From Saccharolobus solfataricus P2 (GTDB taxonomy: Archaea > Thermoproteota > Thermoprotei_A > Sulfolobales > Sulfolobaceae): a stretch of 64,000 bases of DNA. Below, one piece after another: positions 32,880 through 43,582 of the stretch (its first letter is position 1; each line of letters opens with the position of its first letter). The notes under the pieces are model-generated. The model ran no database searches and was not told the DNA's origin. It saw only the letters and a list, made by a program, of their open reading frames with translations. The DNA lies in assembly GCF_000007005.1 (NCBI RefSeq), contig NC_002754.1. One strand, given 5' to 3'. Both the position numbers and the translations under genes were made by a program.

Positions 32880-34107
32880 GAGAGTGTCCGGAATGTAATT
32901 ATCTGAACGAATAGATAAACAGAATGATAAATATTAATATTGCCAGAAGGGTGAAACCCGGATAACCGAGAAAAACTTTATAATGGAAAAATATCAAGAC
33001 GAGAGGATTTACCTATCGCGCATAGCGTTGCCTGATCGCGAGGAGGCGCGTCTCAGAGCTGAACGGCTCTACGTCCTGGAGGAGTCCTCCGTTGGATCGC
33101 GAGGAACATCTTGATGTTGTAGATCACTCCCAGGACGTGAAGGAAGACGTCGTTCCTCCAGGTCGTGGTCCCGTAGGGCCTCCAGAACGCGTTCAGGTAG
33201 GTGCCGAAGAACTCCACGTGGGCCCTCAGGGTAGTGAAGGGCTTCTCCCGCGCTATGAGCTGTGTCGGGGAGGGAGAGAATCCCCTGTCCGCGATCTTAA
33301 TCCCCTTGAGCGGTGACTTGAACCTCTTGTCCGAGAAGTTGGCTGGCTTCACCGTGATGGACCTCACGAAGAGGGAGACGGAGATCACGGCCACTGCCTT
33401 GAGCCCGTAGTGCGAGACCCCTCTCTTCTTGGTCCACCTTCCCTCGAACCTCCTCTTGGTTCTCCCCAGGGAGAGCAGCTTCCTGGCCCTCTCCAGGTTA
33501 CCTTCCCTCCTCTCCAGCTCCGCCTTCTCCCGAAAGGTCTCCACGCTCCTCTTCCCAGGAGGTAAGTCCAGTAGGAAGGAGTCCACTAGCCACGCCATGA
33601 AGTCCACGAGATGCGCGCTCGCAGGGAGGTAACTGGGTAGGCACTTCTCCTCAAGCTTGAAGGAAATCTCCAACAACTTCTTCCTCACCCCGTACAACCT
33701 GCCCACGAAGTCGTGCAGCGTGCTCTTCCCCACCTTCCTCCCCACGAACCAGGCCACGACCACGTTCACGTTGACCATTTTCACCGCGTCCCTATAGGAG
33801 CAGGAATAGAGCACCATGACGATTAACAACTTCAGGTAAACCAGCGCGCCCTCGCCAAGGACCCTCTCCAAATCCATGGCGTCCAGCACGGGCTTGATCT
33901 CCGTTAACCATTTTTCCCTCCACGGCATATCCTCTATTGGGGGAAGAGGGTAGTACATCAGGTTTGGTATGTGTCTTAATGTTCTTGCCATGGTACTACC
34001 CTCTACTCCCATAACTTAAGTGTTACTCCAATTTAATCCAAGATAATACTAGAAACCAATTTATTCTTGCCAATAAAAATTCAATTTTTTACATTCCGGA
34101 CACTCTC
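32880..34107 (-). mobile_element. ISC1234-like copy 2, intact transposase 33053-34012
   Basis: Near-identical to 18766-19993; flanks acgt/acct do not match. Confidence 0.87.
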
Positions 34108-34849
34108 ACCTAATGCTACTGTATTCTTCCCTAATGCTGTAAATCAAAGTAAGGTAGCTATGGGTTGCGAAGTAGGTGCAGGTAATATATCAGCCTTCCC
34201 TAAGGGAGCAGCACCAGTGTTTGTATTAGTACCAGCATTTGCTGGCTTATCCATATTTGGAGTTCCAGCTCTAGGCGCGACTCCTCAAGGATTTCCAACA
34301 TTCCACTATAACGGACTAAACTACACAATAATAACCCAGTGTGGTGCGGCACTTACTGAAACTGCATGTCCAGACCATATGAGCTTAATTTACTCTCCAG
34401 CTTTTACTGTAGTCGAGCAATACTTAGGCATAAAGAATGGAGTTTTCGGACTACCAGAAGGAGTTTTACCTACACCAGCGCACGATCACTTAGTAACTTT
34501 TGCCACTAATACTTCAATACCATGGTACATCGTCGTAGTATTAGTATTCAACCCTAATATCTTTCCTAATCCAATAACTGGACAATGTCAACAAGTAGTG
34601 CCTTCTAATCAGAGCAATCCCACTGGATTATGCTTAAATAACATTAACGCATTGGAACAAGCAATGGGAACTTATGATAGTGCAGTTGCAGCTGCCAATG
34701 CAAATAATCCCATATGGGAAGCACTAGGTAAACCGGGATTAGACGTAGTGGTACCTGGTGTAACTTCACCATCTCAGCTATTCACTGCTACTAACTCCAA
34801 TATGGTATTATTCTTCAGTGATCCAGCTGTTTATCCATACCCAATTTAA
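34108..34849 (+). pseudogene. 5'-truncated extracellular-type protein
   Basis: The called start at 34067 lies in the IS end. N-x-S/T-rich, with CPDH and PAHDH motifs. Confidence 0.6.
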
Positions 34850-34871
34850 TATCGATTAGAGGGGAGTAAAA

Positions 34872-36302
34872 GTGAATATAAAGGTAACTGTTTTTCATTA
34901 TATCTTAGATAGATCTTATATATTTCTTCTATTTATTATTTTTATATCTTTAATTTTTCCCATAATTTCCGCATTTATTAGTCTCATATTTGTGGGTTTA
35001 CTCTTTCAAGGACTTTATTTAAGAAGGCAGAGTTCAACAAATAGTCCTTATATAGTATTAGAGATACTTTCCATGTTGTCCTTAATTTACGCTGCTCAGT
35101 TTTTTACACATCTATTGAAAGCAACGGATATTGTTTTTTTATCTTACCTAATAATCATTTCTCTCTCTTTATATAGATTGAAGAGGATAATCAAAAAGAA
35201 GACTAATTACTTGCAAAATTCAAAAGTAGCTTTTACGTTATTATTACTAGCTTTTCTGTTAAATTGGTTTATCAGTGGATTTTTAGATTTAACCCAAGGT
35301 AACTTCTCTGTTTTTGGCCAATTCGGCTATTTCTCCTATCCCTTTTTAGCTATCATGAATTTCATATCAGCTTTCGCTTCCATTACAGCTAGTCCTTGGT
35401 TCATGATAGACATGGGGATATGGCTTGGGGTAATTGGCATTTTTAGAATAATAGAATATAATAAGTTGGAGAACAAAATAAGGTATTTACTAATGATGTT
35501 TGCTTATGCGTTCTATAGTATTTACCTACCATCATTCTCACCCCTACAGAGTGAAGTGCAATATATTCCTTATATGTGGTTTAACGGCTTAGGAACTTAC
35601 GGACCGGTAAGATCTTCCTACCTACTTGATGGTATTATAGGAACCTTTACGGTTACAGCAATTCTTTCTTTCATGTTTGGTTCGAGACAAATATGCTCCG
35701 TAACGTGCACAGCTCCTTATATGTTACAAAATACATTCCTTAATTCTATGAAGAAGTATAATAGATCATCAAAAGTCGGTAGAAAAACATTAACGTCAAG
35801 AATGTCTTCTTGGTATAAATGGGTAATGAGTATAACGTGGATTTCATTGATAATTCTAGCAGTTTTATCATTTTTAAAATTCTCAATCTTAGGTAATGAT
35901 CCTACAATGTTTTACACTAGCTTATATTTTAATGTGATCTGGTACTTCCAATTTATGTTAATGCCGTTTTTAGGAAATTACGCGTGTGTAAATAGTGGAA
36001 TATGCGCATGGGGATCTTTTAATCAACTTTTCGGTTATTTAGGGTTTTTTAAACTTAAAGTTAGAGATCTAAAACAGTGCTTAAACTGTAAAACAGTTGA
36101 CTGTGCCAATGCTTGTCCAGTTGGGTTAACCGATATGAGAGCGTGGTTCATAAAGAAAGGGGAATTCAAGTCATTTAAATGTGTAGGCGTTGGGGATTGC
36201 GTGGAAGTATGTCCCTACAATAACATAACATTTTACGACGTAAGATCATGGATAAAAGAAAAGCTATATCCAATACAATTTAAGCATAGGGGAACGACAT
36301 AA
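34872..36302 (+). CDS. membrane polyferredoxin (NapH/RdxA-like 4Fe-4S protein)
   Basis: Multi-TM; CSVTC, CAWG, CxxC..C...CP and CxxCxxCxxxCP motifs. Confidence 0.8.
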   Translation: MNIKVTVFHYILDRSYIFLLFIIFISLIFPIISAFISLIFVGLLFQGLYLRRQSSTNSPYIVLEILSMLSLIYAAQFFTHLLKATDIVFLSYLIIISLSLYRLKRIIKKKTNYLQNSKVAFTLLLLAFLLNWFISGFLDLTQGNFSVFGQFGYFSYPFLAIMNFISAFASITASPWFMIDMGIWLGVIGIFRIIEYNKLENKIRYLLMMFAYAFYSIYLPSFSPLQSEVQYIPYMWFNGLGTYGPVRSSYLLDGIIGTFTVTAILSFMFGSRQICSVTCTAPYMLQNTFLNSMKKYNRSSKVGRKTLTSRMSSWYKWVMSITWISLIILAVLSFLKFSILGNDPTMFYTSLYFNVIWYFQFMLMPFLGNYACVNSGICAWGSFNQLFGYLGFFKLKVRDLKQCLNCKTVDCANACPVGLTDMRAWFIKKGEFKSFKCVGVGDCVEVCPYNNITFYDVRSWIKEKLYPIQFKHRGTT

Positions 36303-36542
36303 GTGTTAGTTGTAAATTTTTTATCCATTAACAAAGATGAGCGTAGTGAGGTTAGTTAATTCCACTAGTTATGAAGTGATGAAGATGAAGGTAAAACTTG
36401 TGAGTTGCCTAAGGGGAGGTGAGAAGGTCACAGATAGTATAAAAGATAGAATTTTAAATAAATTTTTTTACTAATATAATATAATCCGTTCTTAATTATT
36501 CAAGATTATTAAAAAATATTTGAGATTGAATTTGTATATGGC

Positions 36543-36803
36543 TCAATTAGATTGAGAACAGTCCATTGACACTTCTACTTTTAGGTAATGTTCTTCACTA
36601 CCTTTCTCTTCAACTTTCATTTTCTTATCATTTACTTGTAAGATATATTTTAGGCTTAATAGCCAATCATAATCATTCATTAGAATTTCCACACTTTCAT
36701 CGCATTCTTTTATTTTCCTTATTGCATCTAACATTATTGATAATGGACTTTTAGATCCGCAACTCTCAGTTCTATCCAATTTTATTTTCTCAATTACCTT
36801 CAT
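36543..36803 (-). CDS. TusA/SirA-like small protein
   Basis: LDRTESCGSKSP N-terminal motif; coupled to rhodanese. Confidence 0.55.
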   Translation of the reverse strand: MKVIEKIKLDRTESCGSKSPLSIMLDAIRKIKECDESVEILMNDYDWLLSLKYILQVNDKKMKVEEKGSEEHYLKVEVSMDCSQSN

Positions 36804-37681
36804 GGTTCAGCTCCTTTCTTCACTGGAGCTCCAACTATATTTCCCCATTCAGCCCAAGAGCCGTCATAAACTCTAACTGATGGATACCCTAATAAATACT
36901 TTAATACAAACCATGTATGAGAAGCTCTTTCCCCTATTCTGCAATACGTTATTATTTCTTTATCTGAGGTTATACCTACATTCTCTACTAATCTTCTTAA
37001 TTCCTCTACGGACTTAAACTCTCCAGTATCTGGATTAACAGCTTGAGCCCATGGAAAACTTATAGCTCCGGGTATATGTCCACCTACTTGAGTTTGCTCA
37101 TCAGCGTATTCCGGTGGGGCTCTAATTTCGCCAGTAAATTCTTTAGGAGATCTCACGTCAATTAATAATGTAGTTTTCCCTATCTCTCCCTTAGTAACCT
37201 TTTGAAGGATCTCCCAGAAGAATGCCCTATGATTTCCCCAATCTACTTTTTTAACTTTATAGCTACCCTTGGGGTATTGAGTTTCCTTAGGTCCTTGCTC
37301 TGTTGGTAAGTTCTCCTTAGCCCACTTTGTTCTTCCGCCATTTAATATTCTTACATCCTCATGTCCATAAGCCTTAAATAACCAAAATGCATAGACCGCG
37401 AACCAATTATTGTAGTCACCGTATAGCACAATTGTTGTATTGTTACTTATCCCTTTACTTTCCATTAATTTTTCAAATTGACTAGGTTCTATAAAATCCC
37501 TTAACACAGGATGCCTTAAATCCTCCCTCCATCTTATGAGAACTGAGCCTGGAATATGCCATACGTTATATGCCGTGTTTGGATCGTAGTCTACTTCGAC
37601 AATTCTTACATTAGGGTCCTTTAAGTGCTCTAATACCCATTTATTATCTACAATTACGCCTTGTTGTAAAGTTTGGCTCAT
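36800..37681 (-). CDS. thiosulfate sulfurtransferase (two-domain rhodanese)
   Basis: HIPGS, LNGGRTKW, YCRIGER active site, YDGSWAEW. Confidence 0.93.
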   Translation of the reverse strand: MSQTLQQGVIVDNKWVLEHLKDPNVRIVEVDYDPNTAYNVWHIPGSVLIRWREDLRHPVLRDFIEPSQFEKLMESKGISNNTTIVLYGDYNNWFAVYAFWLFKAYGHEDVRILNGGRTKWAKENLPTEQGPKETQYPKGSYKVKKVDWGNHRAFFWEILQKVTKGEIGKTTLLIDVRSPKEFTGEIRAPPEYADEQTQVGGHIPGAISFPWAQAVNPDTGEFKSVEELRRLVENVGITSDKEIITYCRIGERASHTWFVLKYLLGYPSVRVYDGSWAEWGNIVGAPVKKGAEP

Positions 37682-38235
37682 CTTTAAATCCCTAGTATAT
37701 ATTGAGATTTGTCATTTATATCTCTACTGAATTGTGCAACTTTTGCACTTAAGGAAAAGTTTTTAAATTACCCTTTACCTTTACATTCTACCCAAACCTT
37801 ATATTTGTTTCGTATAAAAACTTTTGTGAGTGTTAAAGTCCATTATTTTAAGCCGAGAGTATGTAGAGAACGATTTTGTTGATTTAGTATAAATTATACA
37901 AAATATTCATTTATTGTCAATTTAATGTATAATTTACTGTTGATAAAGAAGAAGATATCATAATTCTTAATCTTTTTCAGATTTTTGCTATATAATTGAA
38001 GATTTGATGAAAGTGGCATTGGAGGAATTAAAACAAGTTTCAAATAAATGAAATTGTCACCGCACGCAGCCAAGGCGAATATTAAGTTAACTTACATGTA
38101 TTATGGGTGCAGTTAATAGTTTCATGCGTTTGAAATAGCAGATTTGCCGTAATAGATTCTAGATTAGACTAAATCTTAAAAATTTTAAGAGAAGAGGTGA
38201 AAAAGCTAGAGACAACAACATGTTTCCGCATAATC

Positions 38236-39222
38236 TTAATAACTACTTCTCTCACCTAAAATGTTCCCAGCAATAACTACAATTCCTTCTTTTTTCGCCT
38301 TTAATAACACCTTTTTCGGTATAGAATTGCAAACCAAGTACATCTTTATTTGTTTCTTATTACCCTTTGACTCTAAAATTCTCCTCCTTACAATCAGCTG
38401 TTCTATTCCATCCATATCACCCAAATTCTTTATCTCGAACAGACGAATCTCATCGTTAGTTTCATAAAAATCAACCTCAAATCTCCTACCCTTCTCAATA
38501 ACACCAATATCGTCCACAATATAACCATGTTTAACATTGGAAGGATCGACGCCATGTGACTTCAAAGCCTCTTTATAAAGCTCCATGAGAGTTCTCTGTA
38601 CGTAAATTCCAGCTCTAGAAGTAAAAGAATCGAAACTAACTTTCAGCATCAAAAAAGCCTTTGTTAGTTCTTCTATTCTTTTTGAGTGTTCTTCTAGAAT
38701 TTTTGAGTGCTCTTCTATTCTTTTAGAAAGTTCTTCTATTCTTTTTGAGTGTTCTTCTAGAATTTTTGAGTGCTCTTCTACCCTCTTAGCTAATTCCTCC
38801 ACTCTCTTTGTTAGTTCTTCTATTCTTTTTGAGTGTTCTTCTAGAATTTTTGAGTGCTCTTCTATTCTTTTAGAAAGTTCTTCTATTCTTTTTGAGTGTT
38901 CTTCTAGAATTTTTGAGTGCTCTTCTACCCTCTTAGCTAATTCCTCCACTCTCTTTGTTAGTTCTTCTATTCTTTTTGAGTGTTCTTCTAGAATACTATC
39001 TCTTTTTCTCATTTCATTTTCCATCTCATCCAATTTTTTCCAAATCAACACTATTTGTTGGTTATTTTCTTGCACAGTCCTCGTCAGAGTTGCAACAGTC
39101 TCTTCTAGCTTAGTTAGCCGCTGTAGAATTATATCATTTTTCATCTTCTCGTAAATTACCGAAGTTATTTTATCAAGCAATCTAGGGTTGCTTATGATTT
39201 CATTTATTATCTCTTCACTCAC
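38236..39222 (-). CDS. heptad coiled-coil protein with C-terminal PD-(D/E)XK-like domain (DUF3782/DUF1626-like)
   Basis: EEHSKRIEEL heptads; EVDFY...FEIK C-terminal motif. Confidence 0.75.
   Translation of the reverse strand: MSEEIINEIISNPRLLDKITSVIYEKMKNDIILQRLTKLEETVATLTRTVQENNQQIVLIWKKLDEMENEMRKRDSILEEHSKRIEELTKRVEELAKRVEEHSKILEEHSKRIEELSKRIEEHSKILEEHSKRIEELTKRVEELAKRVEEHSKILEEHSKRIEELSKRIEEHSKILEEHSKRIEELTKAFLMLKVSFDSFTSRAGIYVQRTLMELYKEALKSHGVDPSNVKHGYIVDDIGVIEKGRRFEVDFYETNDEIRLFEIKNLGDMDGIEQLIVRRRILESKGNKKQIKMYLVCNSIPKKVLLKAKKEGIVVIAGNILGERSSY
38661..39000. repeat. intragenic tandem repeat, 147-bp unit x about 2.3 built from 21-bp subunits
   Basis: ttgttagttc recurs at 38661, 38808 and 38955. 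Confidence 0.85.
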
Positions 39223-39314
39223 GTTCCTTTACCCTATGAATACTTATATTTATAAAAGTTAAAAGTATTATCACAAAGACCCCACAATAGGTATTTAATT
39301 GATAACTATTACGA

Positions 39315-39447
39315 TGCTTTGTGGACTTGTTGAATTTTCCCAAAGAGTTAAGAGATCTCACAAGCCTAAATTGTAGACCTTGAGATTAATTGAAAGGAAG
39401 ATAATAGTGATTTAATGTAAAAAAATACTCAACAGATCAACTAAACA
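39315..39447. mobile_element. SM3-type MITE (133 bp)
   Basis: Reverse-complement homologue of 51618-51748; ISC1058-like ends; degenerate 9-bp TSD. Confidence 0.75.
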
Positions 39448-39485
39448 CTACCACGGATATATAAATAGATAAAAATTATGTATGA

Positions 39486-40432
39486 TTAAAAAAGAACTAA
39501 TGATGCTAAGTATCTTTGTTTATAATTTAATAAGAACTTGCGAGCTAACACAGAGGAGATATCCATACGATAAGCTTCATTAATTTTAATTTTAGATATG
39601 TCTTTACCGTGTAGTAGTAAATAGATCATATAAGACTCTCTCATTGCAGTAGTGTAGAGAAGAGATTCCTCTCCATATTTTTCCACAATTGATTCTATTA
39701 TTGAATTAAATATGTCCTTGTGGAACTCATCACCAGTTAATGCTAATGCTCCTAACGCTAAGGGCGTTAGATTAATATGCTTTTTTAAGTAATCTTCCTT
39801 GTATCCTAGTGCTATTTTCGCAATAATTGCATTATTTTGTATAAAATTAAAATCCTCGTAAATATCCGATAATTCAATTATGTCGCTTCGGGTAATCTTA
39901 TAATCGTATTTATTCCCCATTATTAATGATTTAGCTAACTTTATATTATAGCAGAAAAGAAGGTCATTAATATCATCTTCCATGAATAGGAATTTTTTGT
40001 GGCCAATTAAGAATTGACATCTGCTCAAAGTTAAACTATCAAGCAATTTTAAAGCACTTCTTAAATCCTCATTAGGGCTATAATTATTATACAGCAAATT
40101 AGCCAAATATAACTTGTAATTATCTAACCTTTTCTCTAAACTGGTAATTAAATTTTCACTATTTATAAAATTCGTTAACCTATATAGCTCCAACGCTTCG
40201 TCTTTATCTATCTTGTTCATTACTGACTTCAACTCACCAAGTTTTATTTCAAGTTCTTTAACATTGTTAACAAGGTCTTCTACATTGCCTCTCTCAATAT
40301 CGTTATATACTTTATTATCTAGAGCTAGAGCCTTTATTAAAATCTCTAAAGGTGAATTACCAGCTTGGTCCGGATGTAAAAGAAGCGAGTATAACTTAGT
40401 TTTAGGAGAGATCTCGCTTATCCTTTTGATGT
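39486..40432 (-). pseudogene. 5'-truncated hypothetical protein
   Basis: Frame stays open from 40232 up to the ISC1359 TIR at 40433. Confidence 0.6.
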
Positions 40433-41509
40433 CAGTATGGGAATCTCATTTTTCTGATATAAATGATAATATATGTAAGATTGAACCGCACCAGTTTTAT
40501 TCAAATATAGCTGCATATATTTTATGAAAATGACAGTTAATAAGTCAGTTTTCAATAGCAGAATATAAATATATAGAATTAATTTCACGTAGCTGGAAGG
40601 AGGTGCATAGGGTTAGCTGGAGTCTAGGGGAGTGACGTCTTCACTTCACGGAACGCGCGTTCTTGTTCCACTCTTACCTCCCGATCGAGGAGATTCGAGA
40701 GGGAGACCGAGAACTCCCACAACTTTACCTTCCTCCAAGAACGGATCAGGAACCAGACATTCAAGAGAAGATAGGAAAGCAGAACGAGAACCAGTTCCTT
40801 CCTCACGTCACAAGTCCTAGTCCTGATCCTGAACTCCTCAAGAGAGCGAAAAGCATTCTCAATCCCCCACCTCTCCCTATACATCTCGGCAAGGACTATG
40901 GCATCATAAAGATCCATCTCCCTCCTCACGAGGAAGGCAATAATCTTGCCGTCTTCCTTCCTCAGGATAATGAGATAAGCTCCACTCCCATGTCTCACGC
41001 AGAGAAATCCAGTATATCTAACTCCGCCAAAACTCACATCCACATCCTGCAACATCCCCTTGTACTTCTTGTACATCTGGGCCTTGGCAGATATGACGAA
41101 GTCCAAGCCCAACTCCAAGAGGTATCTAATCACTTCGTTCACCGCGAACTCCCTGTCCGCGAAGACCATGACGAGCCTCAGCTTGTCCTCCTCCAACTCC
41201 TTCACGATTACCTCCATCACCGCCTTGAAACCTTCAGCTACGTTCTTCACGGTCACTGGGATCACGTCCAGGAAGCTCCCCAGGAGGAAGATCGCGGCTT
41301 GAACCAGTCCCCACGACGTCCCCTTAGTTGGCTTTATCCTACTCAAGAAACTCTTGTTAGCGTGGTATTGAGGTATGGCATGGAAGTCCACTGCTACCCT
41401 CCTGTCCCTGACTCCCCTTAACGTTATCCTCCCCATCTTCCTCAACGCATCCCTCACGTCCTCAACTTGAACCACGTTCAACTTTCTCAACGCTCTTCTC
41501 CCATCTTTT
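40433..41509 (-). mobile_element. ISC1359 lacking its promoter end
   Basis: TIR cagtatgggaatctc at 40433; homology to full copies stops at about 41509. Confidence 0.87.
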
Positions 41510-41671
41510 CAAGAGTGCAAGGATTTTACTATGAATGCTATACGGTATTAAAGATTTTAGGCTTTTATTACCATAATACGAGAACGCTATTTTTAGTTTC
41601 GGTCTGCTCTCTCTCTATTTCCACTTATATAGATACAAGGCTTTAGAATATTACCCTACAATACTATATAT

Positions 41672-42013
41672 ATGATTTCTCTAACTAAATGGAGGGCGTC
41701 TTCATACATAAATTGCTTGAAAGACTATTTCAATGATAATAAATTAGTAAGTTCTATGGCATTCTTAATAGCTGCTTCTAAAGGAGATAGTTTATATGTT
41801 TTTGCTCCAGACACAGACTGCATTATATACACTGAAGAATTAATAACTGATGTAAAGGGGAGATGCGAGGAATATGTTAAACTTTTCTCTTCATACAAAC
41901 AAGATATTATAAAAAGTGCTAGCCTTAAATTATGGCATTATTATGCGAATAAGAAAGTAGAATTTACTGACGAAGAGAAAAAACTCCTATCACAGTTAGG
42001 GATTAGACTCTAA
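41672..42013 (+). CDS. hypothetical protein
   Basis: 113-aa ORF with upstream TATA-like sequence. Confidence 0.55.
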   Translation: MISLTKWRASSYINCLKDYFNDNKLVSSMAFLIAASKGDSLYVFAPDTDCIIYTEELITDVKGRCEEYVKLFSSYKQDIIKSASLKLWHYYANKKVEFTDEEKKLLSQLGIRL

Positions 42014-43258
42014 ATTTCTAAAATCTAGGGTAATGGAAAAATTCTTACTAAAGTATTCAGATATTTCTTTTGCAACGTTATCGTCATAAACGCCTATATG
42101 AACCCTAAATCTTTCTGGCGGTTTAACTACACTACTCTCTTCTTTGAGGTTATTAAGATACTCATATTTACCTAGTTTTTCCTTTATTTGTATGTTATCT
42201 ATACTAGTTTTCAGTTCTGTAGAACCTATTACTACCTTTCCTTTATACCCTAAGATATACTCGTAAAATTCTTTTGCATCTTCGTCTTCAGTTAAATATT
42301 TATGCAAAGTACGTGCTTCAGATCCTTGCAAAACAGCTCTTTTATATTTCCTCCTTTCCACTAAAGAGAAATAAAAGTGAGAAAGCTCATTATCATTTTT
42401 AGCATTAATCAACGCTAAAAATACTTGTTCGTCAGTAAATGTCTTAATCTCTTCTAAGTTTGAAGGAATCTTCAGAAGACCTTTATGTATTGCAAAAGCA
42501 ATAAAATATGACATAACTCTATTATAAATTTCAATCACAGGATGATTATAAACAGAACTATACATGTGAAATCTTGCTAGAAAGAAATGTTCAAGATCAT
42601 CAATTGCCTTTGGTGGAAATATGTACCCTTTCGGAGTAATCGTCATTGTAATAATTATTCTTTCTGGATCTATAATTCCGAATTTTGCTCCGGAATAATA
42701 TGAATCCCTCTGCAAATAGTCTAGCCTATCAGCATCTAAATCTGAATTAACTATAAGTTTAGCAATCTTTATCTTATCATCTAACGGGTTACTACTTGTG
42801 TATACGTTCTCCATAAGATCAGCAACTTCCTTTTCGCCTAATCCATCTTTTAATATCTTTATTCCCATCATTTCATGAAATTTATGTAGTTGTCCTTTAT
42901 ACTCTGTAAGTCCAATTATTTCTTTATATTTATCATCATTCAAATACTTAAGGACGTCTAAAGCAAATTCAAACGTGTGGGAAAATGGAAAATGGCCTAT
43001 ATCATGATATAGCGCCAGTTTTTTGATAATCTCTTTAAAATCACTATCAATATTTCCTTCTATTCTATCAATCATTTTAGATGCTATATAATAAGTGCCT
43101 AAGGAGTGCTCAAACCTTGTATGCCTCATTGACGGGAATATCATATACGCCATTCCGTTCTGAATAATATGTTTAAGTCTTTGAAAATAAGGGTTGTCGA
43201 TAAGCTTAGACTCGACCTTTATATTACCATATATAGGATCTTTAATATATTTCTCCAT
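41996..43258 (-). CDS. HD-domain phosphohydrolase (YdhJ/SAMHD1-like dNTPase family)
   Basis: RHTRFEHSLG, HDIGHFPFSH, LDADRLDYLQRD, VYNH. Confidence 0.88.
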   Translation of the reverse strand: MEKYIKDPIYGNIKVESKLIDNPYFQRLKHIIQNGMAYMIFPSMRHTRFEHSLGTYYIASKMIDRIEGNIDSDFKEIIKKLALYHDIGHFPFSHTFEFALDVLKYLNDDKYKEIIGLTEYKGQLHKFHEMMGIKILKDGLGEKEVADLMENVYTSSNPLDDKIKIAKLIVNSDLDADRLDYLQRDSYYSGAKFGIIDPERIIITMTITPKGYIFPPKAIDDLEHFFLARFHMYSSVYNHPVIEIYNRVMSYFIAFAIHKGLLKIPSNLEEIKTFTDEQVFLALINAKNDNELSHFYFSLVERRKYKRAVLQGSEARTLHKYLTEDEDAKEFYEYILGYKGKVVIGSTELKTSIDNIQIKEKLGKYEYLNNLKEESSVVKPPERFRVHIGVYDDNVAKEISEYFSKNFSITLDFRNLESNP

Positions 43259-43364
43259 ATATCTTTATCAAGAGACATGTATATAAATAATTTTAAGCGT
43301 GCCATTTACACTAGCACCTCACATTAAACAAATGCTACATGAGATATTTATACACCATTCCTTG

Positions 43365-43582
43365 ATATTTCGTGGTCACAGTCGCGTAGTTGCTCTTGGC
43401 TGAACTGTTCAGTCTATTGAGATGTTAACTTCCTTCACTCCTCATGGACTCTAATAACTTCTCGATCACGTCAATTCTTTGCTCTTCCAGTACCTTGTTG
43501 CTATTCGCAAGCACGCGGAGATAAGAACTCTCTTTCTTGGTGATATACTATTGGTGAGGAAGACCCTGTGTCGCCACCTCGT
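43365..43582 (-). pseudogene. multiply deleted ISC1225-type transposase remnant
   Basis: Patchwork matches to 49460-49860 (e.g. tcatggactctaata, ttggtgaggaagacc). Confidence 0.65.

Noticed and set aside
34067-34107. TTG start giving a 260-aa ORF
   Set aside because: The first 14 codons are IS terminal sequence, so this is a chance in-frame fusion.
38661-39000. Periodic repeats as a possible CRISPR array
   Set aside because: They are contiguous, in-frame coding repeats without unique spacers.
40330-40432. LLLHPDQAG resembling a DnaJ HPD motif
   Set aside because: Helix spacing before HPD does not fit a J-domain, the gene is truncated, and Sulfolobales are not known to have DnaK/DnaJ.
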